Assembly (NCBI GenBank): GCA_963740355.1
Contig: CAVUDW010000003.1
Span: 2,144,001-2,208,000, forward strand
Direction of reading: 5' to 3'
From: an uncultured Gemmatimonadaceae bacterium
GTDB taxonomy: Bacteria; Gemmatimonadota; Gemmatimonadetes; Gemmatimonadales; Gemmatimonadaceae
Length of the DNA: 64,000 nt
The notes below the pieces were generated by a model. It saw only the letters and a program-made list of their open reading frames with translations, had not been told where the DNA came from and did no database searches. A program made the position numbers and the translations under genes. This document shows, one piece after another, positions 29,237 to 39,059 of this stretch (its first letter is position 1; each line of letters opens with the position of its first letter).

Positions 29237-32200
29237 TCAGCGCCTCGCTTTGGCCTGAGCGGGTTCAGCTGGCGCCAGGCCCTGCTCCACGGCCCAGATC
29301 GCGATCTGCGCACGAGACGTCGCGCCAAGCTTCGCGAGTGCACCCGCGACATATCCCTCGACGGTGCGCTCGCCGATCCCGAGCACGCGCGCGATCTCGC
29401 GATTGGACTTCCCTGCCGCGATCAGCGCCGCCGTGTCGCGCTCACGCTGCGTCAGCCCGGCGTAGGCGGCCTTGGCTTGCTGTTTCGACGTCTTGGTCGG
29501 TGGCGGCGGCGCCAGGACATCGACTCGAGCCCGAAAGCTCGACTGGAGCGCAGCATCGTCGAGCGTTTCACACAACGCATCTGCGATCCCGCGTGCACTG
29601 TCGAATGCCAATCGCGCGTCGACCCGGCGGCGCTGGCCGAGCATCACCTGGCCGAGTTGTGCGTCGATGCGGAGCAGCAACGGCAGGGCTGATTGCGCTT
29701 CTGCCTCTGCTCGCGCGTCGGCGAGCGCCGCGACGGCATCGTCCCACCGCTGCAACGCGGTCAACGCTCGCGCCCGAAGCAATCCGGCGGCAGGCGTCGA
29801 CACCGTGTCTGCCACGGTCACAAGTCCCAGCGCCGCCGCGGCCCCACCGGCGCCCAGCGCAACTTCAGCGCGAGCAAGGACTACATACCTCGCACCAACC
29901 GTCTGCGCGGCGTGGCTCGATCCCGATGCCGTCGACGCACTGACGATGCGCTCGATTTCGTCGAGCACGATCGTCGCCTGTGCCCCCTTGCCGCTCCGCG
30001 CCAGCGCAATGGCATACGGCGCACCCGTCCAGCGCGTCCACGTCGCGGAACCAAGCCGGCGCGCGATGTCGAATGCCGCATCGAGCTGCAGGAGTGCCTC
30101 GATGGTGTCGCCTAGCTCGAGCGCAATCATCCCCAACACACGCCGCGCACCGCACTGCCACTCGCGGTGCTCCAACTCCTCGGCAATCGCCAACGACTCG
30201 CGCGCCAGTCGACGGCCACGAGAAAACTCCCCCCGCCAGGCAACGCAGTCTGCCACCAGGTACCGCGCGAACGCCTCGCCTGCTCGCCAGCCGATGTCAC
30301 TCGCATGCCGAATGGCGCGTTCCTCGGTGAACATCTCGGCCGCATACTTGCTGCTGCACACCGGCCCCGCCGACGCATGATAGCTCGGGCCACACACGCC
30401 GAGCACGGCCAACGCATTGGCCAGGCCGCGGCGATCTTCTAGCGCTGCAAAGAGCGGAATCGAACGTTCGTAGAGCTCCACAGCGGTGTGCTGCGCACCA
30501 GCGATGTGGTGCGCCATCGCCAGCAGGTCGACCGTCTCGACCACGCCGCGCTCATCCCGCTCGCGTTCGAAGATCTGCAGCGCCTCGTCGTGATGGGGAA
30601 TCCCCGACTGCGGGTCCTCACGATTCACGTACCAGTTTCCGATGCGATTGAGGCTGCGCGCAATCAGCGACGGGTTCTCCAGTTCACGAGCCAGCGCCAG
30701 CGCCTCTCGCCGGTACTGCCCCGCGCGCTCGTAGTCACGCGCAGCCCAGAGCATCCCAAGCGCATGCACCGCAACCCAGGCCGAGCGGCGATCGCCACTC
30801 TCCTCTGCGGCCGCGAGCGCCGATGTGAAGTCCTCGTGGGCCTGGCTGAATGCACCGAGTGTTTCGTGCGCGCGACCACGAGCCGCGAACAGCCCCGCGT
30901 CCGGTCGCAGCCCCGCCCGTTCCGTCGCGATCACCGCACGATCGAACTGCTGGAGTGCCTCGCGCGGCGCACAGAGCGTCCAGGCGTTGTCAGCGGCCCG
31001 TCGCGCGTGGAGCCGTGCGGCCTCCCATGCACCACACTCGAAGGTGTGGTAGGCCAGCGCGTCCTCGAGCTCGAGCGCTCCCGCGTCATGCTGCGCCTGC
31101 AGGGCGGCAGCAATCGACTTGTGCAGCGCCAGTCGTTCCCGCGTCAGCAACTGCGTACGCATGCTCTCTCGCGTCAGCGCGTGACGAAAGGCAAACCGAT
31201 CGGCGGATTCCTCGACCACCAGCTGCGCGTCGATCAACTCCTTGACCAGCGACAGCAGCGTGGACTCTTCGTGTTGCGTGAGTGCCTGCAACAGCTGGAA
31301 GTCGAATCGTCGGCCCGCCACCGCAGCCACCGAGGCAACGCGACGGGCCGCATCGCTCAATCCGGCCAATCGTCGCCCCACCGCCTCGGTGGCCGTCCGC
31401 GGCACACGCACCTGCTCGAGCGGCCGCGCACGCCACACACCATCCACCTGTGCGATGTCGCCGGAGACCAGCAACGACTTCAGCATCTCCTCGACGAAGA
31501 ACGGGTTCCCCTCGGTAAAGCCGTGCAAGCCATTCACGAAGGCCGCCTCCAGCGTCACCTGCGATCCGAAGATTGCCCCCAGCATCGCTGACACTTCGAT
31601 CGCGCTCAGAGGATGGAGCGCGATGTCCGACGCGCAGCGGGCACGATCGAGATCGGCCACCAGCTTGGTCAGGCGCGGCCCGACTTCGTCACTGCGGAAG
31701 GTGAGCACGAGCGCCACCGGCTGTGCTGCCATGCGTCGCGCGAGGTGGAGGAGCAGGTCAAGCGTTGCGTCGTCACTCCAGTGCACATCCTCGATCACCA
31801 GCAGCAGCGGTTGCACTCGCGCCAGCGCGTGTACGGAATCGGTGAATGACTGAAAGAGTCGCCGCCGATCCTCCTCCGGACCGAGGGCGGCGCGCGGCGC
31901 GGTGTCGACGAAGATCGATTGCAGTTCCGGAAACAGCGTGACCAGGTCTGCGGCCGCGGGGGCGAAGTAGTGTGCCGCGAGCGACGGCGAGGCGATCGAT
32001 GCCAGCACGCGCACCAGGTCGAGCACCGGCGCATAGGGGTGCGCACGATCGGCCTCGAAGCAGGCGCCGGTCAGCGTCACGAAACCCAGCGCGCGCCCAT
32101 GGTCCACCAGCGATCGCACCAGGCGCGACTTGCCGATGCCCGCCTCGCCGGAGATCAGCACCGTGCTCCCGTGCGACGCCTGCGCCCGCGCGAGCGCTGC

Positions 32201-32269
32201 GCTTCCCGCCGCGAGCGGAATGTGTCGTCCGATCAGGACGGGGCAGACGAGGCTGGTTTCGGGAAGCAT
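29237..32269 (-). CDS. ATPase (AAA_16/STAND)-TPR-LuxR transcriptional regulator
   Basis: Walker A GEAGIGKS; IEDVHWSD; TEGNPFFVEE; FRHAL; TPR-like helices; LTQRE...GKSNREIA..LGIGERTV HTH. Confidence 0.92.
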   Translation of the reverse strand: MLPETSLVCPVLIGRHIPLAAGSAALARAQASHGSTVLISGEAGIGKSRLVRSLVDHGRALGFVTLTGACFEADRAHPYAPVLDLVRVLASIASPSLAAHYFAPAAADLVTLFPELQSIFVDTAPRAALGPEEDRRRLFQSFTDSVHALARVQPLLLVIEDVHWSDDATLDLLLHLARRMAAQPVALVLTFRSDEVGPRLTKLVADLDRARCASDIALHPLSAIEVSAMLGAIFGSQVTLEAAFVNGLHGFTEGNPFFVEEMLKSLLVSGDIAQVDGVWRARPLEQVRVPRTATEAVGRRLAGLSDAARRVASVAAVAGRRFDFQLLQALTQHEESTLLSLVKELIDAQLVVEESADRFAFRHALTRESMRTQLLTRERLALHKSIAAALQAQHDAGALELEDALAYHTFECGAWEAARLHARRAADNAWTLCAPREALQQFDRAVIATERAGLRPDAGLFAARGRAHETLGAFSQAHEDFTSALAAAEESGDRRSAWVAVHALGMLWAARDYERAGQYRREALALARELENPSLIARSLNRIGNWYVNREDPQSGIPHHDEALQIFERERDERGVVETVDLLAMAHHIAGAQHTAVELYERSIPLFAALEDRRGLANALAVLGVCGPSYHASAGPVCSSKYAAEMFTEERAIRHASDIGWRAGEAFARYLVADCVAWRGEFSRGRRLARESLAIAEELEHREWQCGARRVLGMIALELGDTIEALLQLDAAFDIARRLGSATWTRWTGAPYAIALARSGKGAQATIVLDEIERIVSASTASGSSHAAQTVGARYVVLARAEVALGAGGAAAALGLVTVADTVSTPAAGLLRARALTALQRWDDAVAALADARAEAEAQSALPLLLRIDAQLGQVMLGQRRRVDARLAFDSARGIADALCETLDDAALQSSFRARVDVLAPPPPTKTSKQQAKAAYAGLTQRERDTAALIAAGKSNREIARVLGIGERTVEGYVAGALAKLGATSRAQIAIWAVEQGLAPAEPAQAKARR

Positions 32270-32976
32270 CAGGAGAACCTACGCAGCCACCCTTCCGTCA
32301 CCCGCATGGCGCGTTGCCATTCCTCACCCGACGTGAGGTGGCCGGCCCCACGCAGCACGTAGTGGTACGAATGTGTCGCGTGATCCGGTGATGTCTGGCC
32401 GAGGGCGGCATGGAGTCGCGCCACGGGCTCGGGCGCGACGCTCTGGTCATGTTCGGCGGTAATGCTGAGCAGCGCCACACTGCGGAACGCCTCCAGCCAG
32501 CGATGGGGACTCGTCTCTCCAGGCCATTCCGGCGATCCAAGCAGCGCAACACCCGCGCGCATCGGTGGCCCAGTCACCACCGCCCGATAGACGAGAAAGG
32601 CACCCATCGAAATGCCCACCATCGAGATCCGATCGCGATCGATTGGATACCGTTCCGCCAGCCCATCGATCAGCGCTGGTAGTTCGCGAACGGTCCTCTC
32701 GACGATCTCGAGCATCAGCAACAACGCGCCGGTTGGTGAAGCGGCCAGCCGCGCATCCAGTTCACCTGTGGCGCGCGCGCCGTGCTCGACGGCGTCGACG
32801 CCGACGGCAAGAAATCCCGCCGCCGCACATCGTTCCAGTTCACCGGCATGTGCAAGCGCATCGGCACGGAAGCCGTGGAACCAGAGCACGACCGGCAGCG
32901 GGGCCTGGCCAGGCGCAGGCTCGGCGATCAGCGTCGGGACGCCCGCGATGGTGTGTGGGTGTGCGTGGCCTGTCAT
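32269..32976 (-). CDS. Alpha/beta hydrolase (esterase/dienelactone hydrolase-like)
   Basis: WFHG, GISMG, EHDQSV, GAGH; stop overlaps the regulator start codon. Confidence 0.85.
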   Translation of the reverse strand: MTGHAHPHTIAGVPTLIAEPAPGQAPLPVVLWFHGFRADALAHAGELERCAAAGFLAVGVDAVEHGARATGELDARLAASPTGALLLMLEIVERTVRELPALIDGLAERYPIDRDRISMVGISMGAFLVYRAVVTGPPMRAGVALLGSPEWPGETSPHRWLEAFRSVALLSITAEHDQSVAPEPVARLHAALGQTSPDHATHSYHYVLRGAGHLTSGEEWQRAMRVTEGWLRRFS

Positions 32977-33115
32977 GTGGTCGATGGCGTCAGTACGACG
33001 GCACTCATCCGAAATCCTACCGCCTCTTCTCCGGGTAACTAGGCTATCCGTAGACGCGTCGTCGCGTTCAGGATCGATCCGACTCCGATCGTTTTGCGGC
33101 TCTCACACCTTGGCC

Positions 33116-36100
33116 ATGCCTGGCGTTCCCCGCCTCACCACGTCAGACGCCGCCAAACTGGCAGCGCGGCTCTACGGGCTCGACGTCGTCGTCACAGAAC
33201 TGCCCAGCGAACGCGACCAGAACCTCCTCCTCCGTACGCCGACCGGAGAGCGGTACATCCTCAAGCTCGCCAATGCCGGCGAATCGCGCGAGGTGCTGGA
33301 GGCCGAGGGCGCCGTGATGCGCCACGTCGCGTCCACGGCGCTCTGTCCGAAGCTGATTCGCACGGTCGACGGGCGTGACATCGCGCAACATGGGCCGCAC
33401 CTCGTCCGACTGATCACGGCGCTCCCGGGCCGCACCCTCGGTAGCACGCCCCTCCACACCGATGCGCTGCGCCGCAACATCGGGCGCGCGCTGGGACGGC
33501 TGGATCGTGCGCTCTCGAATTTCGATCACCCGGCGTTTCATCGCGATTTCCATTGGGATCTCGCCAACGCTGACCGCATCGTCCGAGAACAACTTCCTCT
33601 CGTCTCGGATCTCGCGCTTGCCGGACACATCGCGGCCTTCGCAGCCTACCACGATGAACATGTCGTGCCCATGCTGCCGAGTTTCCGGATGAGCGTGATC
33701 CACGCCGATGCGAACGACTACAACGTGCTGGTCGACGAGACGCTGCAGCAGGCGACCGGCATCATCGACTTCGGTGACATGGTGGTGAGCCAGACGGTGA
33801 ATGACGTGGCAATTGCCATGGCGTACGTCGCCTTGAGCGCCGATGATCCCCTCGCGGCCGCCGCTGCAGTCGTCTCGGGGTACCATCAGACGCATCCGCT
33901 CACCGACGCGGAGATCGCGGCCCTCTACAGCCTGATGTGCATGCGACTCTGCGTGAGCGCCTGCATGGCCGCGAAGCAGCAGGCGGAGCGTCCGGAGGAC
34001 GACTATCTCGGCATCAGCCAGGGGCCGATCACCACCACGCTGCCGGTGTTCGCACAGATCCACCCGCGTTTTGCGCACTACACATTCCGCGACGCCTGCG
34101 GATTGCCGCCCGTGCCGCACGCCGCACAGGTCGTCGATTTCCTGTCTCGCAACGCCGACTCCTTCGCACCGGTGCTCGGCCGTGACCTGCGCACCACGCC
34201 TGTCGCCGCGCTCGATTTCAGCGCCGGCAGCACCCTGATTTCCAGCGAGTCGACGGAGAACACGCCTGCGGAACTCGATCGGCGTGTGCAGCGTGTGCTG
34301 GCCGAACAGGGTGCGACGATCGGCGTTGGCGGCTATGACGAGGCGCGACTGATCTATCACTGGCCGAACGAACCGAAGCTGGTCGAGCCACGAACGATCC
34401 ACATCGGGCTCGACCTGTCGCTTGCCTCAGGCTCGCCGTTGTACGCACCACTCGATGGCACCGTCTACGGCTTCGAGGACGCGGACAACTACCATGACTA
34501 CGGCCCGCTGATCGTATTGCGCCACGTGACCGATGATGCGGAGCCACTGGAATTCTTCACATTCTACGGGCACCTGACACGGGACTCGCTGGCAGGGCTC
34601 GAGATTGGCCAGCCCATTGCGAAAGGCACCGAGTTCGCCCGCATCGGCAGCGCGCCGACCAATGGCAACTGGTGGTCGCATGTGCATGTGCAACTCGTGA
34701 CCGACATGCTCGACGTGCCCTGCAACATCAACGGTGCAGTGCGCGCCAGCCAGCGGCGGGTCTGGAAGAGTGTCTTCCCCGACCCGAACCTGATCCTCGG
34801 CATCCCGGCGGAACGCCTGCCGCAGCATGTGCCGAAGCCGGAGGTCGCGGTATCCCGACGCGCGCACATCGGCGGCAACCTGAGCGTCTCCTACGGCGCC
34901 AACCCGCTGAACATCGTGCGCGGCTACAAGCAGTACCTGTATGACGATGTGGCTCACCGCTTCATCGACGGGTACAACAACGTCGCACACGTTGGACACT
35001 GTCACCCGCGCGTCGTACGAGCGGTCAGCGAGCAGTTGGCGGTGCTGAACACCAACACGCGCTACCTGCAGGAGCAGCTCACGCGGTATGCGGAAAAGCT
35101 GACGTCACTGCTGCCCGACGGACTCGACGTCTGCTACTTCACCGCGTCGGGGAGTGAAGCGAACGAACTGGCACTGCGTCTTTCGCGCACGTACACTGGC
35201 GCGCGCGACCTGATCGTGATGGACTCGGCGTATCATGGCCACACCACCACCCTCATCGACATCAGCCCGTACAAGCACGACGGCCCGGGCGGTACGGGTG
35301 CACCGGACTGGGTACATACTTCGCCGATTCCGGATGTGTACCGGATGCGGGGCGCCAAGGCCGAGCCGGGCGCATGGTTCGCATCGCAGGTCGGGCTCGT
35401 CATCGACGAACTGGCGGCGACGGGACGCAAACTCTCCGGCTACATCGCCGAGACCTGTCCCAGCGTTGGCGGGCAGATCATGCTGCCCGATGGATTCCTC
35501 TCCGACGTCTACGCGCGAGTGCGTGCGGCCGGAGGGCTCTGCATCGCCGACGAGGTGCAGACAGGCTTCGGTCGCATCGGCACACACTTCTGGGCGTTCG
35601 AGGCCCATGACGTCGTGCCGGATATCGTCGTGCTTGGAAAGCCGATCGCGAATGGCTATCCGATGGGTGCCGTGATCACGACGCGCGCCATCGCCGAGCG
35701 GTTCAACAACGGCATGGAGTACTTCAGCACCTTCGGTGGCAGCACCGCCGCCTGCGTGGCCGGCTTGACGACGCTCGAGGTGACACTGGAGGAAGATCTC
35801 CAGCAGAATGCGCTGCACGTCGGCAATCGCCTGTTGGCCGGCCTGCGTCCGCTGGTCAACCATCTCGACATCGTTGGCGACGTTCGTGGGTCGGGCCTCT
35901 TCCTCGGCGTCGAGCTCGTACGCGACCGCGACACCCTCGAACCGGCGCCTGAAGAAGCGACGTTCGTGGTCAACCGCATGCGCGAGCGAGGTGTGTTGGT
36001 CGGCACCGACGGGCCATTTCACAACGTGATCAAGATCCGCGGCCCGATGCCATTGACGATGTCCGACGCCGACCGGATCGTCGAGACACTCTCACGCTCC

Positions 36101-36124
36101 CTCTACGAACTGCCGCGCCGCTGA
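33116..36124 (+). CDS. Fusion of APH/hydroxylysine-kinase-like phosphotransferase, M23-like domain and class III PLP aminotransferase/phospholyase
   Basis: LPSERDQN, HADANDYN, IIDFGD; IHIGLD..YGHL..HVHVQ; NNVAHVGH, SGSEANE, DEVQTGFGR, LGKPI, STFGG. Confidence 0.9.
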   Translation: MPGVPRLTTSDAAKLAARLYGLDVVVTELPSERDQNLLLRTPTGERYILKLANAGESREVLEAEGAVMRHVASTALCPKLIRTVDGRDIAQHGPHLVRLITALPGRTLGSTPLHTDALRRNIGRALGRLDRALSNFDHPAFHRDFHWDLANADRIVREQLPLVSDLALAGHIAAFAAYHDEHVVPMLPSFRMSVIHADANDYNVLVDETLQQATGIIDFGDMVVSQTVNDVAIAMAYVALSADDPLAAAAAVVSGYHQTHPLTDAEIAALYSLMCMRLCVSACMAAKQQAERPEDDYLGISQGPITTTLPVFAQIHPRFAHYTFRDACGLPPVPHAAQVVDFLSRNADSFAPVLGRDLRTTPVAALDFSAGSTLISSESTENTPAELDRRVQRVLAEQGATIGVGGYDEARLIYHWPNEPKLVEPRTIHIGLDLSLASGSPLYAPLDGTVYGFEDADNYHDYGPLIVLRHVTDDAEPLEFFTFYGHLTRDSLAGLEIGQPIAKGTEFARIGSAPTNGNWWSHVHVQLVTDMLDVPCNINGAVRASQRRVWKSVFPDPNLILGIPAERLPQHVPKPEVAVSRRAHIGGNLSVSYGANPLNIVRGYKQYLYDDVAHRFIDGYNNVAHVGHCHPRVVRAVSEQLAVLNTNTRYLQEQLTRYAEKLTSLLPDGLDVCYFTASGSEANELALRLSRTYTGARDLIVMDSAYHGHTTTLIDISPYKHDGPGGTGAPDWVHTSPIPDVYRMRGAKAEPGAWFASQVGLVIDELAATGRKLSGYIAETCPSVGGQIMLPDGFLSDVYARVRAAGGLCIADEVQTGFGRIGTHFWAFEAHDVVPDIVVLGKPIANGYPMGAVITTRAIAERFNNGMEYFSTFGGSTAACVAGLTTLEVTLEEDLQQNALHVGNRLLAGLRPLVNHLDIVGDVRGSGLFLGVELVRDRDTLEPAPEEATFVVNRMRERGVLVGTDGPFHNVIKIRGPMPLTMSDADRIVETLSRSLYELPRR

Positions 36125-36213
36125 CACCGGCGAGGCCGCCATGGGCACACTTGAACTCGTGCCGGCGCGGGGGCGGGCGTAGGTTGGGTGATCACCACTT
36201 CAAGGAGCCAGGG

Positions 36214-37182
36214 ATGCTGCGCCGGATCGCGATGCTGATGGTTGCCCCGTGTATCCTGCAGGCGCAGGCGACTGGGGTGAAGCCAGGATGGCAATGGTCG
36301 ATGGACTCGGTGCGGACGGTGGTGAACGCGGTCCGCGCAGGCCGGTCGCTCAACCCCACGAGCTGGCCCGGAGGTGCACGGGTGGCGGTGCTGCTCTCGT
36401 TCGACGTCGACAACGAGACCATCCCACTGCGCTTCGGCGAACCCACCGTCGGGACGCTGGCGTCAGCGCAGTACGGTGCGCGTCGCGGCCTGGGCCGGAT
36501 CGTGAAACTCCTCGACGCCAATCGCATTCCAGCATCGTTCTTCATTCCCTCGGTGAGTCTCGCACTGACTCCCGGAATGGCCGACACGATCAAGCGCAGC
36601 GGTCGGCATGAATTCGCCGTGCACGGATGGATTCACGAGCTGAACGCGACCCTTCCAGACTCCGCCGAGCGGGCCTTGCTGACGAAGGCTGTGGCCGAGT
36701 TGACGGCGCTGACGGGCGTGAAGCCGACCGGCTATCGCGCGCCGAGCTGGAACTTCAGCCCCAACACGCTCAGCATCCTGCGCGACATGGGCTTCCGCTA
36801 CGAAAGCTCACTGATGGCTGATGACAGTCCGTACGAACTGCTGCAGAAAGGGCAGCCGACTGGCATCGTCGAGTTGCCGGTGGAGTGGATTCTCGACGAC
36901 GCGCCACTCTTCGATCCTCGCGGCCAGACGTACATGAACCCGCGCGACGTGGCACGTGTCTGGATCGACGAATTCGACAAGGCCTACGACGAGGGCACGA
37001 TGTTCCTGCTGACGATGCACCCGCACGTCTCCGGCCATCGTTCGCGCATCATTGCGCTCGAGTTGCTCATCGCCCACATCAAGACGAAGGCGCCCGGCAA
37101 GGTCTGGTACGCGACCCACGCGGCCGCCGCGGAATATGTCCGGGCACAGGCGAAACTCGGCGAGCCGATCGCACCGCGCTGA
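36214..37182 (+). CDS. Polysaccharide deacetylase (PuuE/PgdA-like), secreted
   Basis: SFDVD, HEFAVHGWIHE, GYRAPSW, WILDD, TMHPHVSGHR; AAGGAG RBS. Confidence 0.88.
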   Translation: MLRRIAMLMVAPCILQAQATGVKPGWQWSMDSVRTVVNAVRAGRSLNPTSWPGGARVAVLLSFDVDNETIPLRFGEPTVGTLASAQYGARRGLGRIVKLLDANRIPASFFIPSVSLALTPGMADTIKRSGRHEFAVHGWIHELNATLPDSAERALLTKAVAELTALTGVKPTGYRAPSWNFSPNTLSILRDMGFRYESSLMADDSPYELLQKGQPTGIVELPVEWILDDAPLFDPRGQTYMNPRDVARVWIDEFDKAYDEGTMFLLTMHPHVSGHRSRIIALELLIAHIKTKAPGKVWYATHAAAAEYVRAQAKLGEPIAPR

Positions 37183-37193
37183 TAGGACATGAA

Positions 37194-37224
37194 ACGGCCG
37201 CCCAGGTGCATCCTGGGCGGCCGT
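37194..37224 (-). terminator. Hairpin between convergent genes
   Basis: ACGGCCGCCCAGG-tgcat-CCTGGGCGGCCGT perfect 13-bp stem; short U tract on the minus strand. Confidence 0.7.
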
Positions 37225-37255
37225 AGGAATCGACACTGCGTGACAGCGCTCAGTT

Positions 37256-38914
37256 CTACTGCCGGCACTGCGCGTTCGGGTCCGTCTTCGGCTTGTCGAG
37301 CTTGGGGCGATCTGCGCGCGTGGCGAGATCGATCACGCCGTCCTTCACGAAGGTCGCGACGCGGGAGAGGCCATCGTAGTCGATGTACTGCGCCTCGTCG
37401 GTGACCTGGTGGTAGTCCATGTGCTCACCGCGCGAGAACGCGACGGCGGGGATGCCATACCGCGCGTAGCTGTAGTGATCGGCGCGGCAGTAGTACTGCA
37501 GCGGATGACCCGGTGCGTCGAAGGTCATGTTGAACACGAATGGCTGCTTCTGCCGTGCATTCGCCGCTGCGAGGACATCGCCGAACTCGGTGCTCAGCCG
37601 GCGCAGGCCGATGACCTCGAGGTAGGTCGGGCCGGCGTCTGGAAGATCGTGGATGCTGCCGCGGCCGATCATGTCCATGTCGATCTCGCTGATGATCGAA
37701 TCACGCTCGACCGTCGGATGATCGGTGTACCACCGTGAGCCGAGCAGGCCGAATTCCTCGGCCGTGTGCGATACGAACAGCACTGAACGACGGAGCGGCG
37801 GCCGACTCTTCAGCAGCTCTGCGATTTCGAGAAGCGCGACCGTGCCGCTGCCATCATCGTCGGCCCCATTGCGAATGGAGTCCTGTCGTGCAGTCGGGCG
37901 AACCTTCCGCAGCGAGTCGAGAATCTGGCGCACGCGCGTCGCCTCGCCCGAAGTTGGTTCGCGGCTTGGCGAATCGGCGCCCATCGGTCGGACAACGGCA
38001 TTGAATGCACGCAGCGAGTCGTGATCGACCGGCGCCCGATCGAAGCCGACATGGTCATTGTGCGCCGTGAGCGATACGAACTGGCCATTCACCGATGGAT
38101 CGCGTCCCGGCAGGATCGCGACCACGTTTCGCGCTGGAAACTCGAGCGGCGTGACGCTGACGCCGATACCGCCATGCAGCGTGATGCCGACGGTGCCCAC
38201 GGGCGCACTTTCCAGCGCCTGACCGAGCAACTTTTCCGCCAATGCCGCCTTGACCAGTGCGACGGTCGGCACGTCGGCCCACGTGGTATCGAGCACGAGA
38301 TTTCCAGTCATGAACGCGGCAGCGGTCGATGCGCCGGCCGCATCCAGTTCGGCCACCAGGATGGTCGCAGCGCCAGCGAAGCGAGGTGAAAGCCGGATCG
38401 CGTTCACGTTCGTACGTCGGGTTGCCGTGGTGCGACGTTCTGGCGGCAACACACTGAAGAGCAGTGCCTTCCCCTGGGCGCGCGCCGCATCGATCCAGGT
38501 GCCGGAATCCGAGGCCAGACCGGCGTACACGACGCTCACTCCTTCAACGGGCCGGGTACGCGCGTTGCCCGGCTGCGGCACGTAGTCCACGCCGATGCGC
38601 GCCGTGATGCCCTCGAGTCGGAGCGTGTCACGCGTGTCTGGAGCGCGACGAAAGAACGGCACGACCTGGAACCAGGTGCCGTTGTCGCCGGCGGGTTTGA
38701 GGCCGAGTCGTGCAAATTCCGCCGCGACGTAGGCGGTCGCCTTGAAGTTGCCGGCGTCCCCCGGAGCGCGCCCCATCATCGAATCGTGCGCGAGCGCGAA
38801 CAACCGCGAGCGCAGGTCCTTCGCAGTCAACGCCGCCGACGTCCTCTGCGCCACCGCCGTCGAGGCCATCACGGTCACGGACAAGGCAGCAAGTGCGAAT
38901 CGACTGATCTTCAT
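37256..38914 (-). CDS. M28 family metallopeptidase, secreted
   Basis: TAHNDH, NGADDDGSGT, AEEFGLLGS, DMDMIGR, ADHYSY, DYHQVTDE. Confidence 0.92.
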   Translation of the reverse strand: MKISRFALAALSVTVMASTAVAQRTSAALTAKDLRSRLFALAHDSMMGRAPGDAGNFKATAYVAAEFARLGLKPAGDNGTWFQVVPFFRRAPDTRDTLRLEGITARIGVDYVPQPGNARTRPVEGVSVVYAGLASDSGTWIDAARAQGKALLFSVLPPERRTTATRRTNVNAIRLSPRFAGAATILVAELDAAGASTAAAFMTGNLVLDTTWADVPTVALVKAALAEKLLGQALESAPVGTVGITLHGGIGVSVTPLEFPARNVVAILPGRDPSVNGQFVSLTAHNDHVGFDRAPVDHDSLRAFNAVVRPMGADSPSREPTSGEATRVRQILDSLRKVRPTARQDSIRNGADDDGSGTVALLEIAELLKSRPPLRRSVLFVSHTAEEFGLLGSRWYTDHPTVERDSIISEIDMDMIGRGSIHDLPDAGPTYLEVIGLRRLSTEFGDVLAAANARQKQPFVFNMTFDAPGHPLQYYCRADHYSYARYGIPAVAFSRGEHMDYHQVTDEAQYIDYDGLSRVATFVKDGVIDLATRADRPKLDKPKTDPNAQCRQ

Positions 38915-39011
38915 CGGCAGGTCCTCGAGGGGGGCATCGGTGCCACGTATCAACGGTGTGGATTCTACATCGCGTACGGCAGGCCGGTGTGCAGAGTTAC
39001 GCACAAGCCTG

Positions 39012-39059
39012 CCGTGCCTCGGCGCGTCCAGGCGTCCGTGCCTCCATGCCTCCGTGCCT
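39012..39059. repeat. Six tandem degenerate octamers (consensus CCGTGCCT)
   Basis: ccgtgcct cggcgcgt ccaggcgt ccgtgcct ccatgcct ccgtgcct. Confidence 0.8.
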
